The notes below the pieces were generated by a model. It had not been told where the DNA came from. It saw nothing but the letters and a program-made list of their open reading frames with translations, and did no database searches. From contig NC_042998.1 in NCBI RefSeq assembly GCF_006345805.1, positions 109,554,001 through 109,618,000 on the forward strand: a stretch of 64,000 nucleotides of DNA. Reading direction: 5' to 3'. How positions within the stretch are numbered: position 1 is the stretch's first letter; each line of letters starts with the position of its first letter. The stretch comes from Octopus sinensis (Eukaryota). The position numbers were made by a program, and so were the translations under genes. Positions 52,790 through 64,000 of this stretch are shown here, in pieces.

Positions 52790-54312
52790 TATAGAACGAG
52801 GAAAGTCAGGCCCCCAAAATCCAAAACATGTGCATCAACGGGCTCTCTATCTCCCCCATTTCCACACGAGTACCTATGCATAGATGAAAATGTATCATAT
52901 GAAGTCACTGTGAATAAAGATAGAGTGACCCGAGAATATTGTACCAGACTTAGGAAAATATGGTAGTCGGAACTCTCCTCTTACAACAAAAAAATAACTC
53001 ACAATGCATTTGCAGTGCCAGTGCTGATTCCAACATTTGGGATACTTGATTGGTCTGTAGAGGAAGCAAAATCCTGACAACAACTGGGAACTTCCACAGA
53101 AACAGTGATGCTGACAGGCTCTACTTAAGAAGAAATGAAAGTGGTAGAAGCCTGAGATCAGTGCAGACGGCGTTCGAATGCCGTATGGTTTCATCCAGGC
53201 ACCACCTGCTAAACAACAGTAGCAAAAATAAATATATAAATGTAGTACCAAAAAGTGAAGTGAGCAACATTATACGAGTTGGGAGTGAGTTCCTCAAGAA
53301 GCACTCTCTTCCTGATGATCTCCTGTACAGACCCCAAAGAGCTGGGCTCTCTTACCTCAGAGATGACCTGGATAGGAAGCAGTCAGCATACAAAAAAAAA
53401 AAAAAAAGAAAAAAAGATTATGCATGGTTATGTTACCCGGAAGCCCGAAGAAAACAGTAGAATTGACACGAAGCGCAGCCTCTCTTGGACACAAGACCAC
53501 TACATCATATCACACTTTGAACGATATGCGTTTGCAATCTAGGAATAGGAGATTTCCACAAAGTACCTGGTGAACAAGAGAGACAGTGACGCTCTTGCAT
53601 TCCCAAGGTTCCACCGCATGTACAGGCTATGTCATGTTTCTGTGGAAGACATCACGCATGTGATTAGCAGCTGTCCTAAAATGTAGTCACAGTACTATCT
53701 CCCTATGCAGCACGATGTTGTTGCTACAGCAATTTACAATGCCATCCTCAAAAAAGACTGTCCTGAAACACATTTAGAAAATCCCTCTATTATGGAATAC
53801 ATCCATAAACACCAACTCAAGGAATACTGGTGGAGTATTCCCATCAAAACGTTTGTTAAGTGTAAACATAACAGGCTGAATATTGTTGTTTGGAACAGAA
53901 GGGCACATATATGTACCGTCATAGAGGTCAGCTGCCCTGTAGATATAAATATCTCTTTGAAAATCAGAGAAAAATAGGATATCTATGGACAACTGCTTCG
54001 AAACCTCCAGCTTCTATATCCTGACTATGAATTCACAGTCATTTCAATAATAGTTGGAGCACTAGGTTTTGTTAGTAAATGCATAAAGGAGAATATGGAT
54101 AAACTGGGGCATTCAGAAAGAGAAATTCATCTGCTGATTCGTATATTACATGTGCAATCTGTGAGTGGAACAGTTAAAATATGCAAGACTTTCTCAAGTT
54201 CCAAATGTAAATTTGTCTGTTAACTACATTTCAAAGATGAAGCTTTGTATCTTTATTAGAAACCAGCTCCCTATTCAGTGGAAGATTTATAATAATAATA
54301 AAAAAAATAAAA
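52790..54312 (+). mobile_element. R4/Dong-like (RLE-type) non-LTR retrotransposon 3' fragment, pseudogenised
   Basis: EYLCIDE...KDRVTREY..RLRKIW; NAFAVPVLIPTFGILDW; DADRLYLRRNESGRSL; HVISSCP; QHDVVATAIY; HNRLNIVVW...IEVSCPVD; stops and frameshifts; A-rich tail. Confidence 0.85.
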
Positions 54313-54386
54313 GATACATACATACACACATGCATACATACATACATACATACATACATACATACATACATACATACATACATACA

Positions 54387-54417
<31 letters not shown>

Positions 54418-54434
54418 GTGTGTGTGTGTATTTT

Positions 54435-54635
54435 CTTTTATTCTTTTACTTGTTTCAGTCATCTGACTGTGGCCATGCTGGAATACCACCTTAAAGATTT
54501 TTTGTCGAAGAAATCGACCCCAGGATTTATTCTATCAGTTTCTTTTACCAAGCTAAGTTACAGGGACGTAAGCACACCAGCATTGGTTGTCAAGCGATGG
54601 TAGACACACGCACGCACACACACACACACCACACA

Positions 54636-54666
<31 letters not shown>

Positions 54667-54812
54667 TGACGGCCTTCCTTCAGTTTCCGTCTACCAAATC
54701 CACTCACGAGGCTATAGTAGAAGACACTTCTCCAAGGTGTCACGCAGTAGGACTGAACCCGGGACTATGTAATTGAGAAGCAAGCTTCTTACCACACAGC
54801 CACGTCTGCGCC
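54435..54812 (-). mobile_element. tRNA-headed SINE family B, representative copy
   Basis: 5' GGCGCAGACGTGGCTGTGTGGT (A box), GGGTTCAGTCC (B box), internal (CA)/(TA) tract. Other copies at ~5830-6230, 22555-22720, 22830-22960, 31770-31930, 33800-33930, 41695-41830, 51890-52110, 55540-55865, 57590-57780, 62200-62290. Confidence 0.8.
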
Positions 54813-55691
54813 TTAGCATGTATGTATGTATGTATGTATGTATGTATGTATGTATGTATGTATGTATGTATGCCACTCAGCTGGCAAAAATATGTAGTAT
54901 TTGTATTTCAAAGGGCCGGCCTTGTCAGATTCTTTGTCAGGCTGAATCTCCCTGAGAACTACATTAAGGGAACTCATGTATGTGGAATGCCCAGACACTT
55001 GCACGAACTGGAAACCTCGTTGTCGTAACCCACGGAATGCCATTTGTTTGTGAAGCGAAAGTGAAGGGACAATCGCAAACAAACACACGCACACGCGCGC
55101 GAGCGCAAACACACACACACACACATGTACGTATATAAGTGTGCGTTTGTGCTTGTCTCTTCGCCATCACTTCACGACCGGTGTTGGCTTGTTTACATCC
55201 TCGCAATCTAGCGGTTCAGCAAAAAGTGACCCGATAAAATAAAGACCAAGCTTAATATGTAAATACTGAAGTCGATTTGTTCGACTAAACCCTTCAAGAC
55301 GGTACCTCAGCATCCTTAACATCCAGTGTCTGAAACAAGTAAATTATAAAAGAAGAAAGATTCTGAAGCTAAAAGTATCCAGCAGTTATCCTGTTATTCG
55401 CCTGGATATTAATAGTATTCTACGTCGGTGCTATATACTAACTTCTGTCTTGCATACTAACCATCAATTTTCCACCACATAGAAAAAAACAACTAATATA
55501 ATTGCTGTAATAAGCCAAGATATTTTAACTAATTGCCATCGGCTGTGTGCTAAATAGCTTGCTTACCAACCACATCGTTCCGGGTTCAGTCCCACTGCGT
55601 GACACCTCGGTCAAGTGACCTACTATAGCTTCGGACCGACCAAAGCTATGTGAGTGGATTTGGTAGAAGGAAACTGAAAGAAGCCCGTCGA

Positions 55692-55759
<68 letters not shown>

Positions 55760-56049
55760 GTTTGTTCCCCCTATCACTTGACAACCGATGCAGGTGTGTT
55801 TACGTCCTTGTAACTTAGCGGTTCAACAAAAGGCACCGATGCTCCGCAGTCAAATGACAAACAAATAAAAGAGTAAAAGAATATTCCCATTGTGACAGAA
55901 AATATGAGAACTAAAATGTAGGGGAAACAACTCCGCTAGTAACTTTTTTATATGCCCGCACATAAAATAAAAATTCTTCGTCCATTTATAATTTTTCTCT
56001 CGTATCAACAGAAAATTAAGATTTTGCTGTAACACACAATCTCACTCAG

Positions 56050-56130
<81 letters not shown>

Positions 56131-56429
56131 GATTATTTCTAGGTTTATATTTCACTTGTATACTTTTTGTTATCATTTTCTCTGTTCACGTTCATGCTGG
56201 CTTGTGTGTGTGCGTGTGATAGATGATTATAAACTAAAATTCCAATCGCTCCCTATCCACAGATCCAGGAAGTTTTGTGTGACCTTTGAGCCTGCTAGAA
56301 ATTGTATCCAAATCTGTTACATACCACACTATCGTTTTAGATGAAAAAGGAAGGACATATTGAATGATAATAGTTTCAGACATCTTAAACAGAGGTGGTT
56401 GTCACTGCTGAGATACCATTAATAATGTG

Positions 56430-56465
56430 TGCAGCAGCAGCAGCAGCAGCAACAGTAGCAGCAGC

Positions 56466-56532
<67 letters not shown>

Positions 56533-56534
56533 CC

Positions 56535-56566
<32 letters not shown>

Positions 56567-56570
56567 CAAC
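56430..56570. repeat. Compound trinucleotide microsatellite (GCA)n(CCA)n(ACA)n
   Basis: Directly visible; source of the spurious poly-A/S/Q ORFs. Confidence 0.95.
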
Positions 56571-57785
56571 AAAGACGATGACGATGCTAGGCCCCATCAA
56601 CTTTTTCAAGTTTCACTTGAAAAGGAAGATGAGGTTAGAGAGGAGAGTGCTGTCTGATAGCAAGTTTTCTGAAAGGTGGGTGAATTGTGCAAGAATGGCC
56701 AGTGTAAATGGACCAATTCTCAGGTTTCGCCTGTGATTGAAAAAAGGTTTTATAAAAGGAGAAAGGGGCTCTCTACCCACCTTTTGACCAGGCTCCCGTT
56801 GGTTTTTATGGGTTTTTTCCACCAGGAGCCTTTCGAAACGCCTCCCCCTATTGGGAGTTTTTCATTGTTAAATATTTTGTTGTTACAGGTTTTTACACGG
56901 ATTTTTACAAACGGACAAAACCCTTTGTAACCTTTTGTCACTTTATGTTTACTAATCATGTGTGTCAGCCCTTGTGGCCAATAAAAAGAATTAATTATTA
57001 TTATTAAGGCGGTGGGCTGGCAGAATCATTATCACACCGGATAAAATGTTTAGCTGCGTTGTATCTATCTTTACATTCTGTGTTCAAATATCGCCGAGGT
57101 CGACTTTACTTTCATTCTTTCGGGGTCGATGAAATAAGTACGAGTTATGCATTAGGGGGGAGGGAGTCAATATAATCTACTAGCCCCTCTCCCCAGTTTG
57201 CAGGTGTCTCACCTTCAGAAGTAAGTATTATTTTCCTTTTAATTTCGTTTCCGTTTCTTACTGAGCGTCATTCCGACATCTATTATCGAGTTTCTTTTAT
57301 CAAGGGAAGTAATCCTAACGATTACAAGTCAAAGTTATGTATCTTGTTTGACATTCTTGTTATACATAACGTCAAGAATAATTGGCAACTATAGTTCAGT
57401 TCAAGGTTAACAGTATCAATCACACGATTACATACGTGTATGGCATAGTAAGAACGTATTTTGGAACATATTTCAGAAAAGTTTTATTGATTATTTTAAC
57501 GAATCGGTATTTGTGTAATTTTTTCTGTACACTTCAGTTTATAAATACGAAGTTGCGTTCACACGGCTTTATCTTTTTCCTTTATCTTTTACATGTTTCA
57601 GTCATTGGGGAGCGGCCTCGTTAGGCATTGCCTTGAAGGGATTAGTCGAACAATTTGACCCCAGTACTTATTGTTTTTAAAGCCTGGTTCTTACTCTATC
57701 GGGTCGCTTTTTTGTCGAACTGCAAGGTTACAGAGCCGTAAACAAACCAGCACCGGTTGTCAAGCAGTGGTGGTGGACAAACATA

Positions 57786-57823
<38 letters not shown>

Positions 57824-57894
57824 TACATACACACATACATAGATACATACATACATACATACATACATACATACATACATACATACGCACGCAT

Positions 57895-57925
<31 letters not shown>

Positions 57926-58087
57926 TACATACATACATACATACATACATGCATACATACATACGCACGCATGCACGCACGCACGCACACACACACACAC
58001 ATACATACATACATACATACATACATACATACATACATACGCACGCATGCACGCACGCACGCACGCGCGCACGCACGCACGCACGCA

Positions 58088-58163
<76 letters not shown>

Positions 58164-58755
58164 CCAGGCGCAATGTGATACTATAAAGGAAAAACACAAT
58201 CGTCACTACGTGTGACTTAGGATACCGGGAGCACATACATTGCTAGAAATAAGAGTTAAAAAATTCTTAATGCTGTTGAAGGAGCGCAGAACCGCTTCGT
58301 GGATCCCCCAGATTAGAACTAGTTTCGTCTGTGACAGTAGACAGTCATGAGGCAGTTGCTTCTCCAGTCAGCATGTGTGTATATTCTGTGCGCTCCCCCT
58401 TTAGCATTAAGAGTATTTTCACTCATGCTTCTTGCAATGTAGGTACTCCTGCATCCTCACACTATCAGATGTTATACACCGTTGATCACAATGCGCTTTC
58501 CTGCATTGGTTTAGCTTTCGAATAATGCCACCCCGCTGGCTGGCGGCTGGTCATCGTTCGCTGTGTGTAGAATACCGGGATCGTGAGTTTAATACTCCAA
58601 CCATTAGACCACGAGACTTCAAACATACACGCACGTGCGCGTCTGTATATATATATATATTCATATATGTGTATATATGCATGTATATGTTGTTTGCATC
58701 TATACACACACACATGTACACACAGATTAGTACGCGCACGTCTGCGTATAAATGC

Positions 58756-58831
<76 letters not shown>

Positions 58832-58832
<1 letters not shown>

Positions 58833-58875
58833 CATATATTAACATATGCATATATATATATACATATATTAACAT

Positions 58876-58934
<59 letters not shown>

Positions 58935-58971
58935 TTAACATATGCATATATATATATACATATATTAACAT

Positions 58972-59013
<42 letters not shown>

Positions 59014-59059
59014 ACACATATATTAACATATGCATATATATATATACATATATTAACAT

Positions 59060-59105
<46 letters not shown>
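58832..59105. repeat. ~90-bp higher-order minisatellite x3 built from TA/CA units
   Basis: acatatattaacatatgcatatatatatacatatattaacatatacatatatac(AT)n repeated three times. Confidence 0.85.
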
Positions 59106-59112
<7 letters not shown>

Positions 59113-59133
59113 CACGTGATATATATATTATAT

Positions 59134-59166
<33 letters not shown>

Positions 59167-59169
59167 CAC

Positions 59170-59469
59170 GTGATCACGTGACCGACCAGACCATCAGATG
59201 TTGTTACACGTCGCTGGTCACAATGCGTTCGCATTGTTTTAGCCTTCGAATGACGCCACCCCGCTGGGTAAGCGAGCAGGCCAACAGAAGAAAGAACGGG
59301 AGAAAGAGTGGTGAAAGAGTACAGCAGGGATCACCACCCGCTGCTAGAGCGTCTTGGAGCTTTTAGGTGTATTCGCTCAATAAACACTCACAACGCCCGG
59401 TCTGGTAATCGAAACCGCGGTCCTACGACCGCGAGTCCGCTGCCCTAACCACTGGGCCATTGCGCCTCC
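59170..59469 (-). mobile_element. tRNA-headed SINE family C
   Basis: GGAGGCGCAATGGCCCAGTGGTTAGGGCAGCGG...GGTTTCGATTACC head followed by a non-tRNA body; diverged copy at ~58450-58620. Confidence 0.75.
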
Positions 59470-59476
59470 ATACACA

Positions 59477-59510
<34 letters not shown>

Positions 59511-59547
59511 ACACACACACACACACACACATACATACATACATACA

Positions 59548-59579
<32 letters not shown>

Positions 59580-59880
59580 CATATATTATCGGTCTTCCAT
59601 ACATTGTATATATAAAGGATAATTTTCTACCTATATAGTAGATTTGAGGCATTGATGTAACCATGATGTTCTGTTGATCTGAACACCCTTCTATATCTAC
59701 ATTGGTTTCTAATTGTACAATAGCACAGTGCAATGTGTAGCATGCATGCTGGCGCGAACAGGTAAAGTAATATATTATACACTGAAATTATTTTTATATG
59801 ATGATGGTTGCGAAACGGCCATCATCCTACGAGTATCAAGTTGTTAAATATATTCACCTCCTGACATTTTACGATCATTC

Positions 59881-59997
<117 letters not shown>

Positions 59998-60167
59998 TTT
60001 TTCTTTCTGTGATACACGATCCCTTTTTTTTCTTCCGATCCCTTTTGATCGAAATTTTACATTTGTTTCCTTTTTTTACTTCTTTTTCCTTTTCCATCTT
60101 GAAAAGAAAAGCTCTACATTGGTAATTGTCCCCTCTGTGTCCAGCCTTGTGTGGCCAATAAAGTTAT

Positions 60168-60271
<104 letters not shown>

Positions 60272-60959
60272 GCATATATATGCCATGTCGGTAGAAATAT
60301 GGAATGAATACGTTTAACATGTCTATGTGTTTTAAGTGTTCTTGAAATGGTTTCTGTTTTTTTTTTTAAATCTTATCTTCTTTAATGCTAGATCATCATC
60401 GCTAATGTGACATCAACATTCATCTTAACTCATACTAAAATACCAAAATGCACCAAAATTCTCCAAAGTTTCTGCCGATCAACTATAGAGAAAGCACACA
60501 TATTTCCAAATACATAACTAAGATAGCAGAAGCCGTCATCAATACAGCCAGTCATGTGACCAATCACATGTCCAGTCACGCTACGAGTCACATGATTTTC
60601 TCTCAAGTAGGACGATCTGTTGATCAATGTCTTTTGATTGCTCATGTAGATTAATCACTCGCTGGATAGCGTTGTCCATGACGTTTCTTTTCGCCAGATA
60701 TCAGCTGGTGATTCTATATTAGAGACTATCATGTGAGTCATAACGTGATTGATTTTGTCATTAGTTGTGTTGATGGTAGCGTCTGTTATTTTCATTAGGT
60801 ATCCGGAAGTGAGAATGCTTTGTAGATGATTCGTAAAAATTTAAGATGTTTATGAATCTTTCGTTCATGACTAGGATGGGGTGATCGATGACATTGAGTT
60901 CACAGAGCTTAACTAAATTTTCGTTTGTTGGTGGTCTGTCTGTGATTGTCCATATACCT

Positions 60960-61192
60960 ATTTCTTTATTACCCACAAGGGGCTAAACACAGAGGGGACA
61001 AACAAGGACAGACATAGGTATTAAGTCGATTACATCGACACCCAGTGCGTAACTGGTACTTAATTTATCGACCCCGAAAGGATGAAAGGCAAAGTCGACC
61101 TCGGCGGAATTTGAACTCACAACATAATGGCAGACGAAATACGGCTACGCATTTCGCCCGGTGTGCTAACGTTTCTGCCAGCTCGCCGCCTT
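60960..61192 (-). mobile_element. tRNA-headed SINE family A (Deu/Nin-like central domain), representative copy
   Basis: ggcggcgagctggcagaaacgttagc...gagttcaaattccgccgaggtcgactttgcctttcatcctttcggggtcgataaattaagtaccag. Other copies at ~39500-39620, 41050-41150, 44521-44640, 47540-47695, 57008-57200, 62300-62465. Confidence 0.8.
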
Positions 61193-61485
61193 ATGATTGT
61201 CAATATACCGCTTGTGCGAATTCCTGTATCTTGTGAATTGCAAATATGTATTTCATATAGGGTTTGATTCGAAATTCTGGGATTATCATCGAATGCGATA
61301 GGCATCTGAAGAGGGCCGAAAGGTTCAGCGGCCAAAAGGTTGGGATTTTAAAATCTATGATATGAAGATGAGGCCGAAGATATTAGTTCTAAATAAGGAT
61401 AATTCCTCACCTCAGGAATTCAAACAAAGTACATACTTGCAAAGTTACACGTGCGCGAACACACACACACACACACAAACACACG

Positions 61486-61559
<74 letters not shown>

Positions 61560-62517
61560 CACACACACACACAAACACACGAACACACACACACACACAC
61601 ACACACATATGCACAGACACACACACATGCGCACACACACGCACACACATATGCGCGCATGAACACATATTCACACAAACGCACGCATGCACACGTGCGC
61701 GCACACATACACCCATATGTGCGCATACACACATACCCTCCCCCTCTCTCTCTTTCTCTCTCTCCGTCTCTTTCTCTCCCACCCCCTTCTCTCTCACACA
61801 CACACAAGGTGATTTGGCAGATTCTTTCGAGTGATGGATAAAATGCCTCATGCTATTTCCCCTGAGTCTGCGCTCGCATATGACACTACGCCGAATTTCA
61901 TCAATTCGGGGTCGATAAAAAACATTTATGTCCAAGGTGGGTAGATTTGGTGGAACTGTTAGAGGGTAAGGCGAGATGTTTTTTCGGACAGTAGCACCTG
62001 CAATGACACAAGTTCCAAATTGTATCAGCCCAGATCGGTGGCCTTTCCATTGGATAAACACTGATGTCATAGGGGAGAGAAAACTTAATAAAATCTTATA
62101 AAACTTTGTTCAAAAGTGCGTATATATACCAATGCGAGGTCAATATTGACCGATAGAGCCCCCCCCCCCCACACGTTCATAATATATACATAGCCGTAGG
62201 CATGGCTGTGTGGTGTGGTAAGAAGCTTGCTTCCCAATCACACAGTTCCGGGTTCAGTTTAACTGCATAGAACTTTGGGCAAGAGTCTTTTACTATATCT
62301 GTTTCTTTATTACCCACAAGGGGCTAAACATAGAGGGGACAAACAAGGACAGACAAACGGGTCAAAGCGATTACTTTGACCCCCGTGCGTAAATGGTACT
62401 TAATTTATCGACCCCTCGGCGGAATTTGAACTCATAACGTAGCGGTAGACGAAATACTGCTAAGCGACCAAAGCATTGTGAGTGCATTTGGTAGACGGGA
62501 ACTGAAAGAAGCCCGTC

Positions 62518-62598
<81 letters not shown>

Positions 62599-62835
62599 AG
62601 ATAAGAAATGGAAAGAAAACATTAAATCAAATATCAATTACCAGATAATACTCAATCACATACTTTATTAAACCACCACATAAGAGACTGTAGGGTTAAA
62701 TATAAAAAGCAGAACAAATCAGTGTACATAAAGGAATGTACATAAAAAAGTGTACATAAAAGAGTAATGTTGTATAATAAGTAGAATTATATAAAAGAGA
62801 GAATATAATATAAGTAAATATAAATATAAGTATAA

Positions 62836-62964
62836 ATTACATCTTACAGCTGTTTCGGCCATGTCGATAAGTATGTCCCATTTTACCAATATTAGCCCTT
62901 TATGGTTGGTCAATATATAGATATTTACAAAAATATCACAAGGCCTCTTCGGAGATTATGTAAT
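62836..62964 (-). ncRNA. Type I hammerhead-like motif with long stem II insert
   Basis: ATTACATAATCT CCGAAGA GGCC...GGCC GAAA C-AGCT-G TA AGATGTAAT. Confidence 0.45.
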
Positions 62965-64000
62965 ATAACTCAGTCTACATATATACCCACATATATACCC
63001 AGTCTACATATATACCCAGCAGAAAATTCAACAAAACCTGTTACTCCGAGTTTCACGTTCCCGTTCGTCGGACAGTTTTTGCTAGAATTTTCTGCTTCTT
63101 TAAATAAAGCATATTACTCTACCACTGGTATTTGAGTACTCTTTTTTCCACCTTGTTTCACATTTATGTGTTTACTCCGGTATATATATATATATATATA
63201 TATACATACCTACACATGCACACCCTTACACTGAATGCACACACACATACACCTTTTTGCATCCAGGCAGCCCCCCCTCTTTTCTGCTTTCCGGTTTTGG
63301 CTGATGGATCCTAGGTTCCCGCGTAGCGGGGCGTTCGAGGGCCTTTGCGCTCGCGCGCCTTGGCGCGCGCTGGGGGCTTGGTCGGCCCCTTGGGCTTGCG
63401 TTGTACTGCTTGTGCGTTGTGTGCGTGAGCGCGCTTCGTGTGTGTGGGCTTGCTTCGGATGTGCGCGTGCGTATGTATGCATACATACCCACACACTCGC
63501 ATGCATCCCTACCCACATACATACACGCACACCTACTCACACACACATACACACACATACCTGCACACACACACACACATACATACATACACATACATAC
63601 CTACTTCAGACTTACACACACACAGACATACACCCATACACTCACACTCACACGCATACCACACACCACATACACACGCACACGTACACATACACACACC
63701 ACACACACACCTACATACACACATTACACTTGTATACACACACACTTACATTCATACACACACACACCTACACAGCCATACCCTCACTCAGACCACACAT
63801 CTACCTACACACACACACAAACACACACGGACACACACCCATACATACATACATCTACACACACACGCCACACACATACATACACACATACATAAACACA
63901 CACACATACACATATACACACATACGCACACACACATATACTTATACACATGCACACACACACACATACATAATACATACCCCTATAATACACACAACAC

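Noticed and set aside
56740-56950. Homopolymer-rich stretch with a GGCTCC/GGAGCC stem and GAAACG, possibly a hammerhead relic
   Set aside because: The core reads TTGACCA rather than CUGAnGA, and runs look inflated, suggesting sequencing noise or heavy decay.
54760-59469. tRNA-like A/B boxes at 54760-54812 and 59395-59469
   Set aside because: They have no proper cloverleaf or acceptor stem and continue into repeated SINE bodies, so they are SINE heads, not tRNA genes.
60761-60976. 71-aa ORF with protein-like composition
   Set aside because: Its start lies in a SINE tail, and I found no splice partners or recognisable domain.
63290-63480. Abrupt GC/CpG-rich patch resembling a CpG island or ITS-like sequence
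   Set aside because: It grades into degenerate (GT)/(AC) repeats and has no recognisable motif. It is probably low-quality consensus of a repeat; raw reads would settle it.

Overview
AT-rich, microsatellite- and SINE-dense animal genomic DNA. The repeat content suggests an octopod cephalopod (inference). No prokaryotic features, CRISPR arrays, rRNA or true tRNA genes were seen. Bases 1-39.2 kb carry the 5' ~60% of one minus-strand gene, an orthologue of ZFC3H1 (PAXT nuclear-exosome adaptor). I reconstructed 16 coding exons (3682 nt, ~1227 codons) through the C3H1 zinc finger, and the gene continues off the left edge. Its 12.8-kb intron 1 has U12 (minor-spliceosome) signals at both ends and contains a young, sense-oriented RTE LINE with an open ~947-codon EN-RT frame and a triplicated 3' end. 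Intron 5 is best explained as GC-AG. Other introns hold a TTAA-flanked non-autonomous piggyBac, a hAT transposase fossil and truncated RTE copies. Upstream (39.3-64 kb) I found no host gene. That region has a 5.3-kb inverted duplication with an LTR-PBS-LTR insertion in one arm, an R4/Dong-like LINE fragment, foldback elements, SINEs, a pre-miRNA-like hairpin and dispersed repeats carrying type I hammerhead ribozyme motifs. All alignments and identities are by eye, and homolog sequences are recalled from memory, so they need database confirmation.
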